A DNA stretch of 57,354 bases, taken from contig CAUYUJ010000035.1 of the NCBI GenBank assembly GCA_963575745.1, forward strand, positions 62,001 to 119,354, written 5' to 3'. Below, piece by piece: positions 1 through 12,930 of the stretch (its first letter is position 1; every line of letters starts with the position of its first letter). The notes under the pieces were generated by a model that was given only the letters and a program-made list of their open reading frames with translations, was not told the DNA's origin and did not search any database. Source of the DNA: Prorocentrum cordatum (taxonomy: Eukaryota). Made by a program: the position numbers and the translations under genes.

Positions 1-644
1 CGAAGTTGTCGCTCCCTCGCCCCGTTGCCTCTCGTTGCCTGATGAGGGAGGAGGAGACGAGGAGGAGGACTATGCGGGACTATGCGGAGAAGACGTCCAC
101 AGCTCTGTGAGCACAATGGGGCATTGAGGCTTGCGGGGCCCCTCTGCTCGAGGGGGGGCCCACGACGAAAAACAGCCAAAAAGAATGGAAGGCCCCGCGC
201 CGCAGGGACCCCCAGCAGGCCCCAGCAGCCCCCCCTAGTAGGGCAGCCAGGGCCAAAAAACCCCAGGGCGTGACGTGGCCGCACCGGAAGCGCCGTGCAG
301 CCGCACTGCCCTGGGGGCCAGGGGCCCCAAGCGCCAGCAGTCGGGCCCCCGCTTCCTGCACCTCGCCGCGCCCTCGGATCAGGCGACGGGTGCCGCCGCA
401 CCGCGGTCCAGTGGACCCTGCGGGCGCGCGTCGCAGGCCCGAGGGAGCCCGCGCGACGAGGAGGAGGAGGAGGAGGAGGAGGAGGCAGGAGCCTGGAGGA
501 GGAGGCGGGAGGAGGAGAAGGAGGAGGAGGAGGAGGAGGAGGAGCATCACAAAGGAGGACGGAGCGAGGGAGGGAGCGGGGGAAGGATGGAGCGTGGAGC
601 GAGGGGCGGGGCGAAGATAGCACGAGGGATGCACGACGAGTAGA

Positions 645-788
645 CAAGCGCGTTCCGCTACTCGCAAAGTAACTACTCGCAAATGGCCTGGATCCGCCAC
701 AGAGGGGGTGCGATACATTGCATCGAGGCAGACATGTGTTTTTTGGACGTTTGCGAGTAGGCACTTTGCGAGTCGTGGAACGCGCTCG
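645..788. mobile_element. MITE-like element (~144 bp), copy 1
   Basis: Imperfect terminal inverted repeats AGCGCGTTCCGCTACTCGCAAAGT ... ACTTTGCGAGTCGTGGAACGCGCT; homologous copy at 11492-11636. Confidence 0.75.
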
Positions 789-1299
789 GTGAACGAGGGA
801 TCCGAGGGGACCGGGACCAGCGCCGGCGGAGCGGGCGAGGCGGGGCCTGTTCGCCTCGTCCTTCTGCTCGCGGCTGCCGTTCCAGCACAAGGATTCGGGC
901 GGCGGCTGGCAGGGGGGAGCGGCCAGCGGCCTCCCTCCTCAAGCCTGCCCCCTCCTCAGTCCTGCTCCCCCCTCCTCCTCCCTCCCCCTCCTCCTCCTCC
1001 TCCTCCTTCTCCTCCTTCTCCTCCTCCTCCTCCTCCTCCTCCTCCTCCTCCTCCTCGTCCTCCTGCTCCTCCTCCTCCTCAAGCCTGTCCCTCCTCGACC
1101 TCCTCGTCCTCGTTCTGCTGCTGCTCCTCCTCCTCCTCCTCCTGCTCCTCGTCCTCTTCTTCCATCGCTCCTCCTCCTCGCCCTGTCCCTCCTCGACCTC
1201 CTCGTCCTCGTTCTGCTCCTCCTCCTCCTCCTCCTCCTCCTGCTCCTCGTCCTCTTCTTCCATCGCTCCTCCTCATTCAACGATTCCTCTCGTCTGACC

Positions 1300-2003
1300 A
1301 ACACGCGTGTCGGTAGGGCGGGCGGCGCGTTTCGCCTTAGACATCCTCTCCGTTACCGATCCCGGAGCTTACTTTCAACAAGTACCTGGATGGAGACAGG
1401 TCGTGTTCGAGATGTGGCCCTCGCCTCAGTGCTACGCGTACTCGTCTTGAAGATTTCCCAACTGCGACGTGACTGGAGCACAGGTCGCTTGCACAATGTG
1501 GCTCCACCTTCAGCGCCGCGCGCATTTGTCTTAACATATTCCAGCAGCTACACGGATTGAGGGCGGCTCCTTGGCAAAACAAGACTTTGTTAGAGACTCC
1601 CTTAGATATTTTTCATGCTCAGGAATCACAAGTTGTGCAACAACTACGGTCACGCCATGCCTTGCGAGTGGACATTGTGTCGCTCGGCTCAACGGGGCGG
1701 GAGGCTCGGAAAGGCTCGGGACGTGGACGCCTGGGGGCCTGAATATGGATAGCATGTCACGCCGAAACGTGGTAGGCCAGAACTGGCAGCGCGACACGCT
1801 GACTAAAAAGTGTCATCCTGACCGTATACGGACGGATGGCAGCTCCTTGTCAGATCGGAGCTGTCGCTTGAGACGCCCTTAGGTTGTATGGCCAGGCTTC
1901 GAAAAGTTGTGCACGTTTGCACGGGTTGATGGCGGCTCTTTTTCAAAGCGGAGCCCTTGGGCGTTGTGCAGCATCGCTGATACATGTTAGGTTTACTCTG
2001 GTC
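1300..2003 (+). mobile_element. Dispersed satellite-bearing element, strongly diverged copy
   Basis: Head GGGCGGGC..GCGTTTCGCCTTAGAC, degenerate 83-bp units, tail CATCGCTGAT..GGTTTACTCTGGTCC running into (CCT)n. Confidence 0.55.
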
Positions 2004-2959
2004 CTCCTCCTCCTCCTCCTCCTCCTCCTCGTCATCATCATCCTCGCCCTCGTCGTCCTCCTTCGCCTTCTCTTACTCTTCTTACTCCACCGCCTCCTCC
2101 TTCCCCTCCAAGGGTCGGCCACCGCCCTGTCGGATGCTTCTCGGGGCTTCTTGGCCTCCAAGCTCGGTCTTGACGAGGTTCCCCCTCGTGCTCGGTGCCA
2201 GGAATCGACTCGTCCGTGGGCTCGCGCTGTTTGGATTCTCCTCCCGCGCCGCGGGTGAAGAGCTGGGGAAGCGGGTCAGGACCCCGACGGATCGGGGGAC
2301 GAGTTCTAAGCGTTTGCTTGTGCGTGCGAATTGGGTGGTCCACTTTTCAACTGGTGCTACACTCATCCTCCACTCTGTCGTCGTCTTCACCCTGTCTGTT
2401 ACCGCTCATGCTGCCGCTACCACGCCTGCTCCTGATCCTGTTCCTGCTCATCTTCATGTTCCTCCTCCTCCTCCTCCTTCTCCTCCTTTCCTCCTATCAC
2501 CTCTCGCATCCCTCCTCCTCCTCCTCCTCCTCCTCCTCCTCCTCCTCCTCCTCCTCCCCATTCCCTCCTCCTATCTCCTCTCCCATCCTTCCTCTTCCTC
2601 CACACCTAAACCTTCATCCACATCGTCCTCCTCATCATCAGCAACATCACCATCACCATCAAGAATCACCCACACCAGCACCAACACCAACACCATCATC
2701 AATACCCGCATCCTCATCGTCACCGGTATGGCAAACATCGTCAACAACATCATCTTGCTGCCCTCCTCCTATCTCCTCCTTCCTAAGGCCCCTCTTCCGC
2801 ATCATCACCAGCATGATCATATGCCCATCCCTCTTACTCCATCCATCCCTGATGTGTTTCCTTCCCAGTGGGATATGATATCAGAGTTGCGCCTCCTCCT
2901 CCTCATCCTAATCCTCCTCCTCGTCCTCCTATAGTTCAGCATCCATGTACCATCCTCAT

Positions 2960-3283
2960 TTCGTCTCGTTCTCCTCCTCCTTCTCCTCCTCCTCCTCCTC
3001 CTACTTCGTCCCTCCTTCCTCATCCTCCCCCTCCTCCTGCCCCGTCCCTCCTCCTCTCTCCTCCTCCGACTCCCCCCCTCCTCCCCCCTGATCCTCCTTC
3101 TCCTCCTCCTCACCCTCATTACCATCTTGTTCGTTACTTGCTCCTCTTCATCCTCCCTCCTTCGCCCATGTCCCCTTCTTCCTCCCTCATCCTCCTCCTC
3201 CTCCTCCTCCTCCTACTCCTCCTCCTCCTACTCCTCCTCCTCCTCCTCCTCCCTCCTCTCCTCCTCCTCCTCCTCATCATCAG

Positions 3284-3343
<60 letters not shown>

Positions 3344-3383
3344 GATCATGATCATCATCATCATCATCATCATCATCACCACC

Positions 3384-3474
<91 letters not shown>

Positions 3475-3559
3475 GCAGCATCATAAGCATCATCATTATC
3501 ATTAGCAACATCAGCATCAGCATCAGCATCAGCATCAACATCAGCATCAGCATCAGCAG

Positions 3560-3602
<43 letters not shown>

Positions 3603-4020
3603 AGCATCCTACTTCCCCACTGGCCCTCCGTCCCTGCACATCTCGTCCCTCCTCCTCGCTCTCGCTGGCTCTCTCTCTCTCTCTCTCTGTCTGTCTGTCT
3701 GCCTGTCTGTCTGTGAGTCAATATGTGTGTCTGCCTGTCTGCCTGTCTGTCCGTCTGTCTGCCTGTCGCTGTCTGTTTCTCTGTCTCTCTCCCTCTCACT
3801 CTCTCTACGACTATGTCTCTCCTCCTCGTCCGTCCTCATCCTCTTCTCTCTCTCTGTCTCGTTCTCCATCTCTCTCTCTCTCTGTCTCTCTCTCTCTCTC
3901 TCCTTCCCCTTCTCCTCAAAAGCTCATCAAATTCCATACTCCTCCTTCTTCTTCTCCTCCTGATCCTTCTCCTCTTCCTCCTCCTCTTCCTCCTCTCTTT
4001 CCCTCCTTCTCCGTCTCCAG
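2960..4020 (+). repeat. Compound microsatellite (CCT)n-(CAT)n-(CAC)n-(CAG)n then (CT)n/(CTGT)n
   Basis: Directly visible. Confidence 0.95.
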
Positions 4021-4030
4021 GAGGAGTAGG

Positions 4031-4828
4031 AGGACTTATGTACACCCAATGCGCATCAACGATATTGAAATAAACCCTCCCTCCAATTTCCCTCCTCCTC
4101 TTCATAAGCCCCACACGAGGGTTCACTTCCACTGAAGGAAAAGCCCCGCTGGAAAACAACCGCTTGTAAATCCTGAGCTGCGCCAGAACACCAGTCCTGG
4201 GACTTCACGCCGCGAGTCACCCTTGCTGTTGCGTCTTGACGCTCCTGGGTCGTACCAGAGCACTATCCGTGGGACCTGCAACACCACGAGTCAACGGAGC
4301 TGATGCGCCATGGCAATCCTACGCGGTGTCCAAACACTATTTCTGGGAGGCTAGCCATGAGAATCCTCGGACCTGCTGTGAAATCTTAAGACGAATGTGC
4401 GCGGGGCTACCACGAGAGCCACATGTTGAGAAGGAGCCGCCCTCCATCCGTGAAGCTCCTGCATCTGCTTAAAGACGAATGTGCGCGGTGCTAAAACAAG
4501 AGCCACATGTTGAAAACCAACCGCCCTCCATCCGTGAAGCTCTTGTATACTTTGGTAACGGGTGTGCACGGCGCTCAGGCGAAAAACACATTTTGAAAAC
4601 CACCCGACCTCCATCCGTGAAGCTCTTGCATTTGTCAAACGGATGTGCGTGGCGCTAAGGCCACAACCACATTTTGAAAACGACCCGCCCTCCGTCCGTG
4701 AAGCTCTTGCAAATGTAAGCTTCAGGATCATAAACGGTGAGGAAATCTCAAGCGAAATTCCAGGCCCGCCCGCCCTTTTGACCAGCCTCGGAGTGCGACA
4801 GTGAGGAACTATTGATAAGGGAAAGGAA
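4031..4828 (-). mobile_element. Dispersed satellite-bearing element copy
   Basis: Reverse complement of the head/83-bp array/tail structure seen at 20190-21212. Confidence 0.7.
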
Positions 4829-5175
4829 CAGAGGACGGCGACGACGACGACGGCTTACCAACAGGTCGGAGACCCTCACATCCAGCTTGAGTGCCCCCGG
4901 CCTTCATTGGCTTCTCTCCGTTTGACCCTCCAACACGCGACTGGTGGCACCTCTCGGCCCACACCTCCGACATGGTGGCTTCTCTCGGCATGGGCCCCAG
5001 AGCCTCTCAGGACCATCCCCTGGACAGCGTGATTGTCTCGCCGTGAACGTCCCGTCGTGGGCCCTGCGGGGTCGGAGAACGTGCGCCCGGGACGCCGAAC
5101 CTGCGTAGAAGAAACGCGCCCGAGGGCAACCCGAGGCCGACAGGCCTCGCTAAACTAGGACAACTTGGATTATTG

Positions 5176-5206
<31 letters not shown>

Positions 5207-5489
5207 GTGATCAAATGACGACGATGACAACTGCCAGCCTCCCCACTGATGGGAAGGGGACTCCACCATGCCAGAACATCTGCCTGAGAGGATCATGCCT
5301 CATGCGCCCAAGCCAGGACAAGCTGGAAAGCACGAACCGATGCCGAGCGGCTCGACACGCAGCTGCAGCTTGCTCGGGCGCGCCAGCGTCCTGATTCGTC
5401 AGCTTGGCCTGGCGAAGAGCCCAACCCCCTTCTCAACGCGAGGCGGCCATAAACATGACCACTCGACGCGCGAAAACACACATTGATGG

Positions 5490-6996
5490 GGTCCCTGTGG
5501 GGCACGATCCTCGTGAGGGGTGTGTGTGTGTGTGTGCCAGAATTGGCGCGGGGACGATCTGCGAACGTACCTACAGGGGCCATAGGTGGAGCTCACCGTG
5601 GGGCACGATCCTCGTGAGGGGTGTGCCGAAGTTGGCGCGGGACGCCATGCGAACGCACCCACTGGAGCCATAGGTTGAGTTCCCTGTGGGACACGATCCT
5701 CGTGAGGGGTGTGCCGAAATGGGCGCGGGGACGCCATGCGAATGCACCCACTAGGGCCGTAGGTTTAGCTCACTGTAGGGCATGATCCTCCTGAGGCGTG
5801 TGCCAAAATGTGCGCGGGAACACTGGGCGAACGCACTCACTGGGGCCACACGATTAGCTCCTTGTGGGGCACGATCCTCGTGATGGGTGTGCCGAAGTTG
5901 GCGCGGGACGATGTCCGACCGCACCCACTAGGGCCGTAGTTTGAGCTTCGGGCACGATCCTCATGAGGGATGTGCCGAAATGGGCGTGGGGACGCCATGC
6001 GAATGCACCCACAGGGGCCATAGGTTTGGCTCCTTGTAGGGTATGATCCTCGTGAGAATTGTGCCGAAATTGGCGCGGAGACGCCATGCGAACGCACCCA
6101 CTGGAGCCATACAGTATTCGGCCTGGCCTGAGGAACGATAAAAAAGGAACGAGGCCTTTTTCGTTCCAAGTAAGTCTACGAAGTCCGAGGGAACACCAGG
6201 GGGGATCGCCGCCAAAAAGGTAGCGTAACGCATGCAAACCAAAAGAACGACCGAACCCCTTTTGAAAAGTAACGGTTCCTCATTCAAGCCGGACCCTGTA
6301 GGTTGAGCTCCCTGTGGGTCACGATCCTCGTGAGGGGTGTGCCAAAATGGACGCGGGGACATTATGCGAACGCACCCACTGGGGACACAGGTGGAGGTTC
6401 CTTGGGGGGTGCAGGAAGCGTGTGAGGGGTGTGCCGAAATGTGCGCGAGGACACTGGGCGAACTCACCAGCTGGGGCCATGGGTGGAGCTCACTGCTGGG
6501 CACGATCCTTCCTAGGGGTGTGCCGAAATTAGCGCGGAGACGCCATGCGAACGCACCCACTGGAGTCATAGGTTGAGCTCCCTGTGGGACACGACCCTCG
6601 CGAGGGGGTGTGCCGAAATGGGCGCGGGGACGCCATGCGAACGCACCCACTGGGGCCATTGGCCATAGGTGGAGCTCCCTGTGGGGCATTGAACGTGTGA
6701 GGGGTGTGCCGAAAATTGCGCGGTGACGCCATGCCACCGCACCCACTGGGGCCATAGGTGGAGCTCCCTGAGGGGCAGGAAACGTGTGAAAGGTGTGCCA
6801 AAATGGGGGCGGGATCGCCATGCGAACGCAACCATTAGGGGCCATAGGTGGAGCTCCATGGAAGGAACGACCCTCGTGAGGGATGTGCCGAAATGGGCGC
6901 GGGGACGCCATGCGAACGCATCCACTGGGGCTATAAGCTTAGCTCCCTGGAAGGCACGATCCTGGTGAGGGATGTGCCGAAATGGGCGCGGGGACG
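5490..6996 (+). repeat. Minisatellite array, ~89-bp unit, ~15 copies, interrupted by a MITE
   Basis: Recurring GGCACGATCCTCGTGAGGGGTGTGCCGAAATGGGCGCGGGGACGCCATGCGAACGCACCCACTGGGGCCATAGG; CA(C/T)GATCC at 5604, 5692, 5781, 5870. Confidence 0.9.
6112..6298. mobile_element. Tc1/mariner-type MITE (187 bp) with TA target-site duplication
   Basis: TA|CAG...CTG|TA splits the satellite unit GAGCCA-TA-GGTTGAG. Imperfect TIRs CAGTATTCGGCCTGGCCTGAGGAACG vs (revcomp) CAGGGTCCGGCTTGAATGAGGAACCG. Confidence 0.8.
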
Positions 6997-7972
6997 CGAG
7001 GAGTACATCAACAGCAGCAGGAGCGGCAGCGATCGAAGGAGGGAAGAGGGGAACGAGGAGGAAGAAGTGGGGTAGAGGGAGGGAGGGAGGGAGAGAGGGA
7101 GGGAGGGAGGACGAGGAGGAGGAGGAGGAAGAATAATAATAAGAAGAAGAAAAAGAAGACGAGGTGGAGGAGGAGGAGGAGGAGGAGGAGGAAGGAAGAT
7201 GAAGGAAGGGGGAAAGGAAGGAAGGACGGAAGGAGACGCGCGGCGCTGCGGATTCACGAGGAGGACCCAACTCACAGGATTGTTAGGAAAAATACCAATT
7301 TGGAAACCTCTGACGCTGTTTCGTCCCCCGACATCCGGATGTCTGGGAACGGCGACGAGGCCGGCCTTGAGGCCCGGGGCCCGCTGGTTGGCCAGGTACG
7401 TGACCTGCGCCAGCGGGCAGTGCCCGTCAGGACCTGGCGTCGTCTGCGTAAGGGCGCGCCCGGGGGGGGAAGTCCCAGGCAGAAGGATGAGGACAACCAC
7501 GGCGACAAGAATGAGGGGGAGGAGGGGGAGGAGGAGGAAGAGGAGGAAGAGGAGGAAGGGGAGGGAGGGAGTAAGAGGAGAAGGGGGAGGAGGAAGTGAG
7601 GAGGGGGACGAGCACGAGGAGACAGAGGGGCAGCCCTCCGTCTGCTTGTGCTCGTCCCCCTCTCAGGGGCAGGGGGCTGATGATGCGGAGGAGGAAGAGG
7701 ATCTTGAGGAAAAGGAAGAGGACGATAGCGATGATTCTTCGCCTTGACAACGGACCTTTCTGGAACGCAAAGAACCGAAATGACCGAAGGGTGAAAGTCT
7801 GGAAGACCTTCTTGTTTCGCGCGTGGAAAGCCATTTGTATCATGGGGCCGGGATCTGGAACAGGCCGGGATAACGAATTACGTGAAACATCAATGGGATT
7901 ACTTCAGTCCAAGATCTAAATAATTCCCCAAACGGTGCTTATGCTTAAGGTATCTTACTTCTCCTCAAAAGA

Positions 7973-8210
7973 ACTGGGCCGCGTGGGCGGTCTGGCCGCT
8001 ATATTCCGGCCGTCGCCGCCCCGTCGCCGCCTGGTCGCCGCCCGTCGTCTGGGCCGTGTGTGCGGTCTGGCAGCTACATTCTGGCCGTCGCCGCCCTGTC
8101 GCCGCCTCGTCGCCGACCGTCGTCTTGGCCGTGTGGGTGGTCTGGCAGCTATGTCCCCGCCGTCGCCGCCCCGTCGCCGCCCCCTCGCAGCCTCGCCGCC
8201 GCCCGTCGCC
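7973..8210 (+). repeat. 75-bp tandem repeat, ~3 copies
   Basis: GGCCG(C/T)GTG..GGTCTGGC(A/C)GCTA..GCCGTCGCCGCCC at ~7977, 8052, 8127. Confidence 0.8.
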
Positions 8211-8269
8211 GCCGTTGGCTTGACCACATAGAGTGCACGAAAAAGAATTCGCGCCTGCGTCGCGCATGT

Positions 8270-8850
8270 TGATCGCTCACAACACAGATTGCACCACATA
8301 TAGTGCACAACGTAGATTGCACCATACATATTGCAGAGCATATTTGCATAACCACATAGATTACACACACATTGCACAACAAAGATGGCAACACAGACCT
8401 TGCACCGCATAGATTGCGCCACATAGATTGTACCACATACGTCGCACAAACATAGATCGTACCTCATACATTGCATCACGTACATTGACCTGCCTAGATT
8501 GCAGCACGTAAGCTGTGCGGAAAAACGCGCCTGCGGTGCATTTTTGATCACTCACAACATCGGCTGCACCACATGTACTGCACCACATCGATTGCACCAT
8601 ACACACATATGTATATATATATATATATAGCACAACAACTTGTGCACAACATAGTTGGCAATACATATGTTGCACCGCAAATATTGCACCACCGAGTTTG
8701 CCCCACACAGATGGCATCACATCGATTGTACCACATATATTGCACAACCTGCATCGCACATCGAAGACGGCACAGCAGATATTGCACAACATACATTGTA
8801 CCACATAAGTTGCGCAACATAACATTTATCGCTCCACATCGATTGCATCA
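8270..8850 (+). repeat. Degenerate short-period satellite (ACATAGATTGCAC-like)
   Basis: Many variants of CACATAGATTGCACC spaced ~17-20 bp apart. Confidence 0.75.
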
Positions 8851-9599
8851 CCTCGCTTGCCTCACAAGCACAAGCACACTCCTCCTCCAGGGGTCTGGTG
8901 CCGGCTCCTCCGCTGGTGGGGGCCCTCCGCCTCCGCAGCCTCCTGGAGCCTTCAAAGAGCCGCTGTCTATGACGCTGCCTGCGACCTGCCTGCTTTGCAG
9001 ACCTGCGCGCCGCCACGCTGCTTCCGGGCAGGCCGTGCTGTCCGGCGAGGAGGAAGGAGGCGGAGGAGGAGGAGGAGGAGGGGGAGGAAAAACGCGGCGA
9101 GCATACATAACCATGCAGGAAGAGAGGGGGGAGGGGAGGCGGCAAAGGAGCAGCAAGCAAGCACGCACGACGGGGGGCGGGCGGGGGGCGGGGGGGGGCG
9201 AGGGTCGTCGCGTTGGGGGCGGACAGGGGGCGGGTATGTGGTGCTCCTTGTGTTTCGATTGCCTCACACAAGGAGCACCACATATCTTGCTAGAAACACA
9301 CTGTTTGGAGCCCAGGCTGGCTAACATATTATTATTATTCTTATACTATTATTATTTAGCACCACGACCCCAAGGCCTAGCTATCCCGCCGCTAGGAGAA
9401 GCCCCACACGGCTCTACTCATTCAGATTCTAGAGAGGGGAATGGGAAGCTGATGCCGTGATGGCACGTCAACGACACCACTCGAAACTTCAAAGGAACTC
9501 TCGTCACGCCGCTGCAACTATGACGAGGGTGATGGCGATGAGGAGGAGGACGAGGGGGAGGGAGAGGAGGAGGAGGGGGAGGAGGAGGAGGAGGAGGAG

Positions 9600-9649
<50 letters not shown>

Positions 9650-10389
9650 AGAGGATGAGGAGGAAAACGATGCAACGTGGTTCTGACGGGTCTGAAATAC
9701 ACGGATCTTCCGAGCCCTCGTCCAGCGGAGACCAGCGTGGAAAGGGGCAGGATCCTGCCCTCCTGCCTCCTGGCTAGAAACACGCGCCAGGGCGCCGCCT
9801 GGATCGCGCCCGCCAGCACGCGCGGCCTGGCCGGGGCGGGCTCCACCTGTCTTTTTGGCGGCGCACAGAGGGGGGTAGGGGGAAGGGGGAAGGCTTCTTC
9901 GAGGGAGGCTGCATCTTAGAAGGCGGCGGCCCTACATCTACAGAGAAGGCCCGCGCCTTGCAAGAAGCAGGGGTGCTCCTAAGAAACCTTCCCCCCTCCC
10001 CCAACCCCCCTCTGCACGTGGTTGCCCGTAGGGGCAGTCTCCACTTGACTAGTCCGAACTCCGGCCACCTCGGGTCGGAGCCCAAACACCTGGTACCAAT
10101 TCCAGCCCGGCATCTGTTATCTGGGAGAGACTCACGTCATTCCTTCGACGTTCTTGAGGACTCCAGAAGGATCCCTGAAGAACCCTTGGAGAATTCTTCA
10201 GCAATTCCTGATTTGTCCCTGAGAAATCATGGAGGGTACTTCTGGAATTTCTTGAATCCCTGAGGTATCCTGAAGATCCATGTGGGGGGTCCTTGATCCT
10301 CATGAATCGTGATGCCTACCACAAGGATCTTTCAGGGTTCCCGAAGAATCCCACAAGAAGTACTTGAGGATTCCTGAAAAAGTCTTGAG

Positions 10390-10499
10390 ACTTGTCGGTG
10401 CGTGCGGTGGTGTTCGGCGCCGCCGTGCTGTGGTCCTTCATGGTCTACGGGACGGCGTTGATTGCAGATGCTGTGATGCTGGAGTTCTTGGTCGCCGCG
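10390..10499 (+). CDS. Candidate isolated exon, hydrophobic/transmembrane-like peptide (LSVRAVVFGAAVLWSFMVYGTALIADAVMLEFLVAA)
   Basis: High GC3 codon pattern; AG before 10390 and G|GCACG (GC-type donor, common in dinoflagellates) after 10499. No recognisable family. Confidence 0.35.
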
Positions 10500-11491
10500 G
10501 CACGCGCCCCCTCCCCCCTTCGCATCGCAGGAGGCTTTGAATAGCACATGCCATTGCACTCACAGGTGGTAGCGAAATGCCGAATAGCATAGCACATACT
10601 TCACAAGATCATTGCTCGTCCTTTCCACTTACAGAAACAGTTTGTTGCGTTGCTTCGGCCATGCGTTGGCAAGCTATGTATGTGCCTTGCTTGCGCGTTG
10701 CTTTTGGATTGGTGTTGCATTGCGTTGTCGTGCCTTGCGTTTTAGTTTGACAGTGCACCCCTTTGGGGGGATTGCTGCTGCATCGAGCAGACGTTGACGT
10801 TGCTTTGCATTTTAGTGTTAACGCGTTGGAGTTGCATTGTGTTCTGCGTTACCCTCGCATTGTGTTAGCATTGTTTGTGATTTGCTGTCGGATTGCTTTG
10901 CGTAGGCAGTGTATGCCTACATGCTGCATCGCACTCCGCTGCATTGCACGGAGCTTGTTCTCCATTTGATTCTGCATCGCTCCGCATTGCATTGTGCCTG
11001 CTATGTTCACCACTTCTCTGTATGCGATTGTCCAGTCCATTCCATTGCATTGTGCGGCATTGCGTTGGATTTGAGGCGGAGGAGGAGAGCCATGGGGAAC
11101 TCCCACGGGCCAAGAAAACCTCCAGAGATTTCCGAGCTGGAGGAAGGAAATAACCACTATATGTTATGGAAAAAACTGCGGATCGAAGAACTACCCTCGC
11201 CACCCCCCCGGCAAATCCCGGCCGACCCTTCTAAACAATGCAATGCGCGCCAGGAGCGGGCTGGCACGCTCGGACTGAGGTTCCTGCCAGAACCGCTGGC
11301 AGCGGGAGGCTTGCCAATCGCGAGCCGCAACGCTTGGAACGAACTTCCTGGCAAGATCCTCGGCAAATGCTGGCAATGTGAAGTACGTCGGAAGCGAGTC
11401 CGCATGCTCGGAAGAGGCTACTTGCTGGCAGTACTGGCAATGCGATGTGCGGCGAGAGCGAGCAAGCGCGGTCGGAGTATGCTTCCCTTCA

Positions 11492-11636
11492 CAAGCGCGT
11501 TCCACTACTCGCAAAGTGGCTACTCGCAAATGGCCTGGACCCATTGCGCCGAAGCAACAAGGCTCCATTGCATCGAACAACATTTGTTCTTTGGACGTTT
11601 GCGGGTAGACACTTTCAGAGTAGCGGAACGCGCTCT
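11492..11636. mobile_element. MITE-like element, copy 2
   Basis: AGCGCGTTCCACTACTCGCAAAGT ... ACTTTCAGAGTAGCGGAACGCGCT; colinear with 645-788 in unrelated flanks. Confidence 0.75.
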
Positions 11637-12717
11637 CTTATTCCGGGCAACCACGCAGGCAGCGCGACGTGTGCCGGAAGCGAGCCAGCACACTCGAGAA
11701 GGCCACGGGCGGGACGCAAGATGGACACCAGCCCGGGGCACCTTCAGCCAGGGAGCTACCCGTAGAAAGTAGATACCCGCTAGGCAGGCCTCGTTAGGGA
11801 ATGGCGAAGAGAGAAGATGCCCCAGGAGGAAGAACAAAAGGAAGTGTATGACAAAGACGAAGGCGAAGAGCAAACTACAAGCGGTGCCGGTAAATCGCTC
11901 CAGTGCGTTCCCGCGGCAACCTTTGCACGGATGGCTCGAGCCAATGATACATCGAACCATGTTGCCCTTCATCCTCCTCCCTGCCCCTCGTCCTCGCTGT
12001 CGCCGTACATTGTCGCGCCCCTCGTCGTCCCTCTCTTTCACAATGCCCCCAACACAAAATTCGCCGGCCCAACGGGCCAGAGGCGTGCTAAGATCTCCGG
12101 TAACTTGTTAACAATATTTCTAGTTCGCGCGCGCGGAGCGGCCCCTGGGGGCCCCCGGACGAAAAGTACCCCGGCAAGGTCCCGAGAGAAGCCCGGGAGA
12201 AGCCACCAGACCACTCCAGGGGAGGGTATTTTTCGACACCCCTCACGAGGATCGTGGCCTCCGAGGGGGGAGCCGCAATCGACTACCCCCAAGAGCCCCC
12301 CAAGAGGCCCTGGGGGCCTCCAAAACGCCGCCAAGGAGCCCCAAGAGACTCCCAAGAGGTCCCCAAGAGGCCCCCAAGAGGCCCTAAAGAGGGCTCCAGG
12401 GCCGGCGGCATGAGCGAAGCGATTAAATAATGTGAACTAATCGTTGGAAACAGGACGAGAACCACCGGAAAAGAAAAAACGTCTGTGAACTACACTGGAC
12501 CAATTCATCACCAGACCTAAGCTGACCAAGGGAATGCCGATGTAGCACCAAAACTATCCTGATTCGCTTAGAGGTGTTTCTGCCAGCGGTTGGGTGGCAA
12601 TCGCGTGTCGCGCACACGCGCGGTTGCAAAACACGCGCTCGGATGGAGCGACACAACAGACAAGAACTAAAACATGCCGACGGTGTCAAGGCTCCCGCGT
12701 CGCTCTTCAAGGAGGAC

Positions 12718-12930
12718 GGTGGCCAGCACTGATGCGAGAACACAATTCTCAATCGGAGATGCGATCGGCGCTGAAGCGAAAGCACGACTTACAATTTGGG
12801 ATCTAGCTGGTCCTGAGGCGAGAGCACAACTCCCAAACCGTGTCGTGGCCAGCGCTGCGGCGATCAAGGGCGTGCTCGGTGCCAGAGCGAGACCACAACT
12901 CCCAATCAGGCACGTGGCCGGCGCTAGAGA
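12718..12930 (+). repeat. ~42-bp degenerate tandem repeat
   Basis: Recurring GCGAGAGCACAACTCCCAATC..GTGGCCGGCGCT variants. Confidence 0.6.

Noticed and set aside
6340..6810. GCCAAAATGG matches to reverse-complement SL
   Set aside because: Single-base variants of the satellite's GCCGAAATGG; no further SL match.
5961..6911. ORFs over minisatellites (also 36095-37289, 53876-54932)
   Set aside because: Units such as 89 and 64 bp are not multiples of 3, so peptides cycle through frames; the others show no domain signal. Treated as non-coding repeats.
7366..7404. Tiny minus-strand exon VTYLANQRAPGLK
   Set aside because: Plausible CAG/GC ends but only 39 nt; too little evidence.
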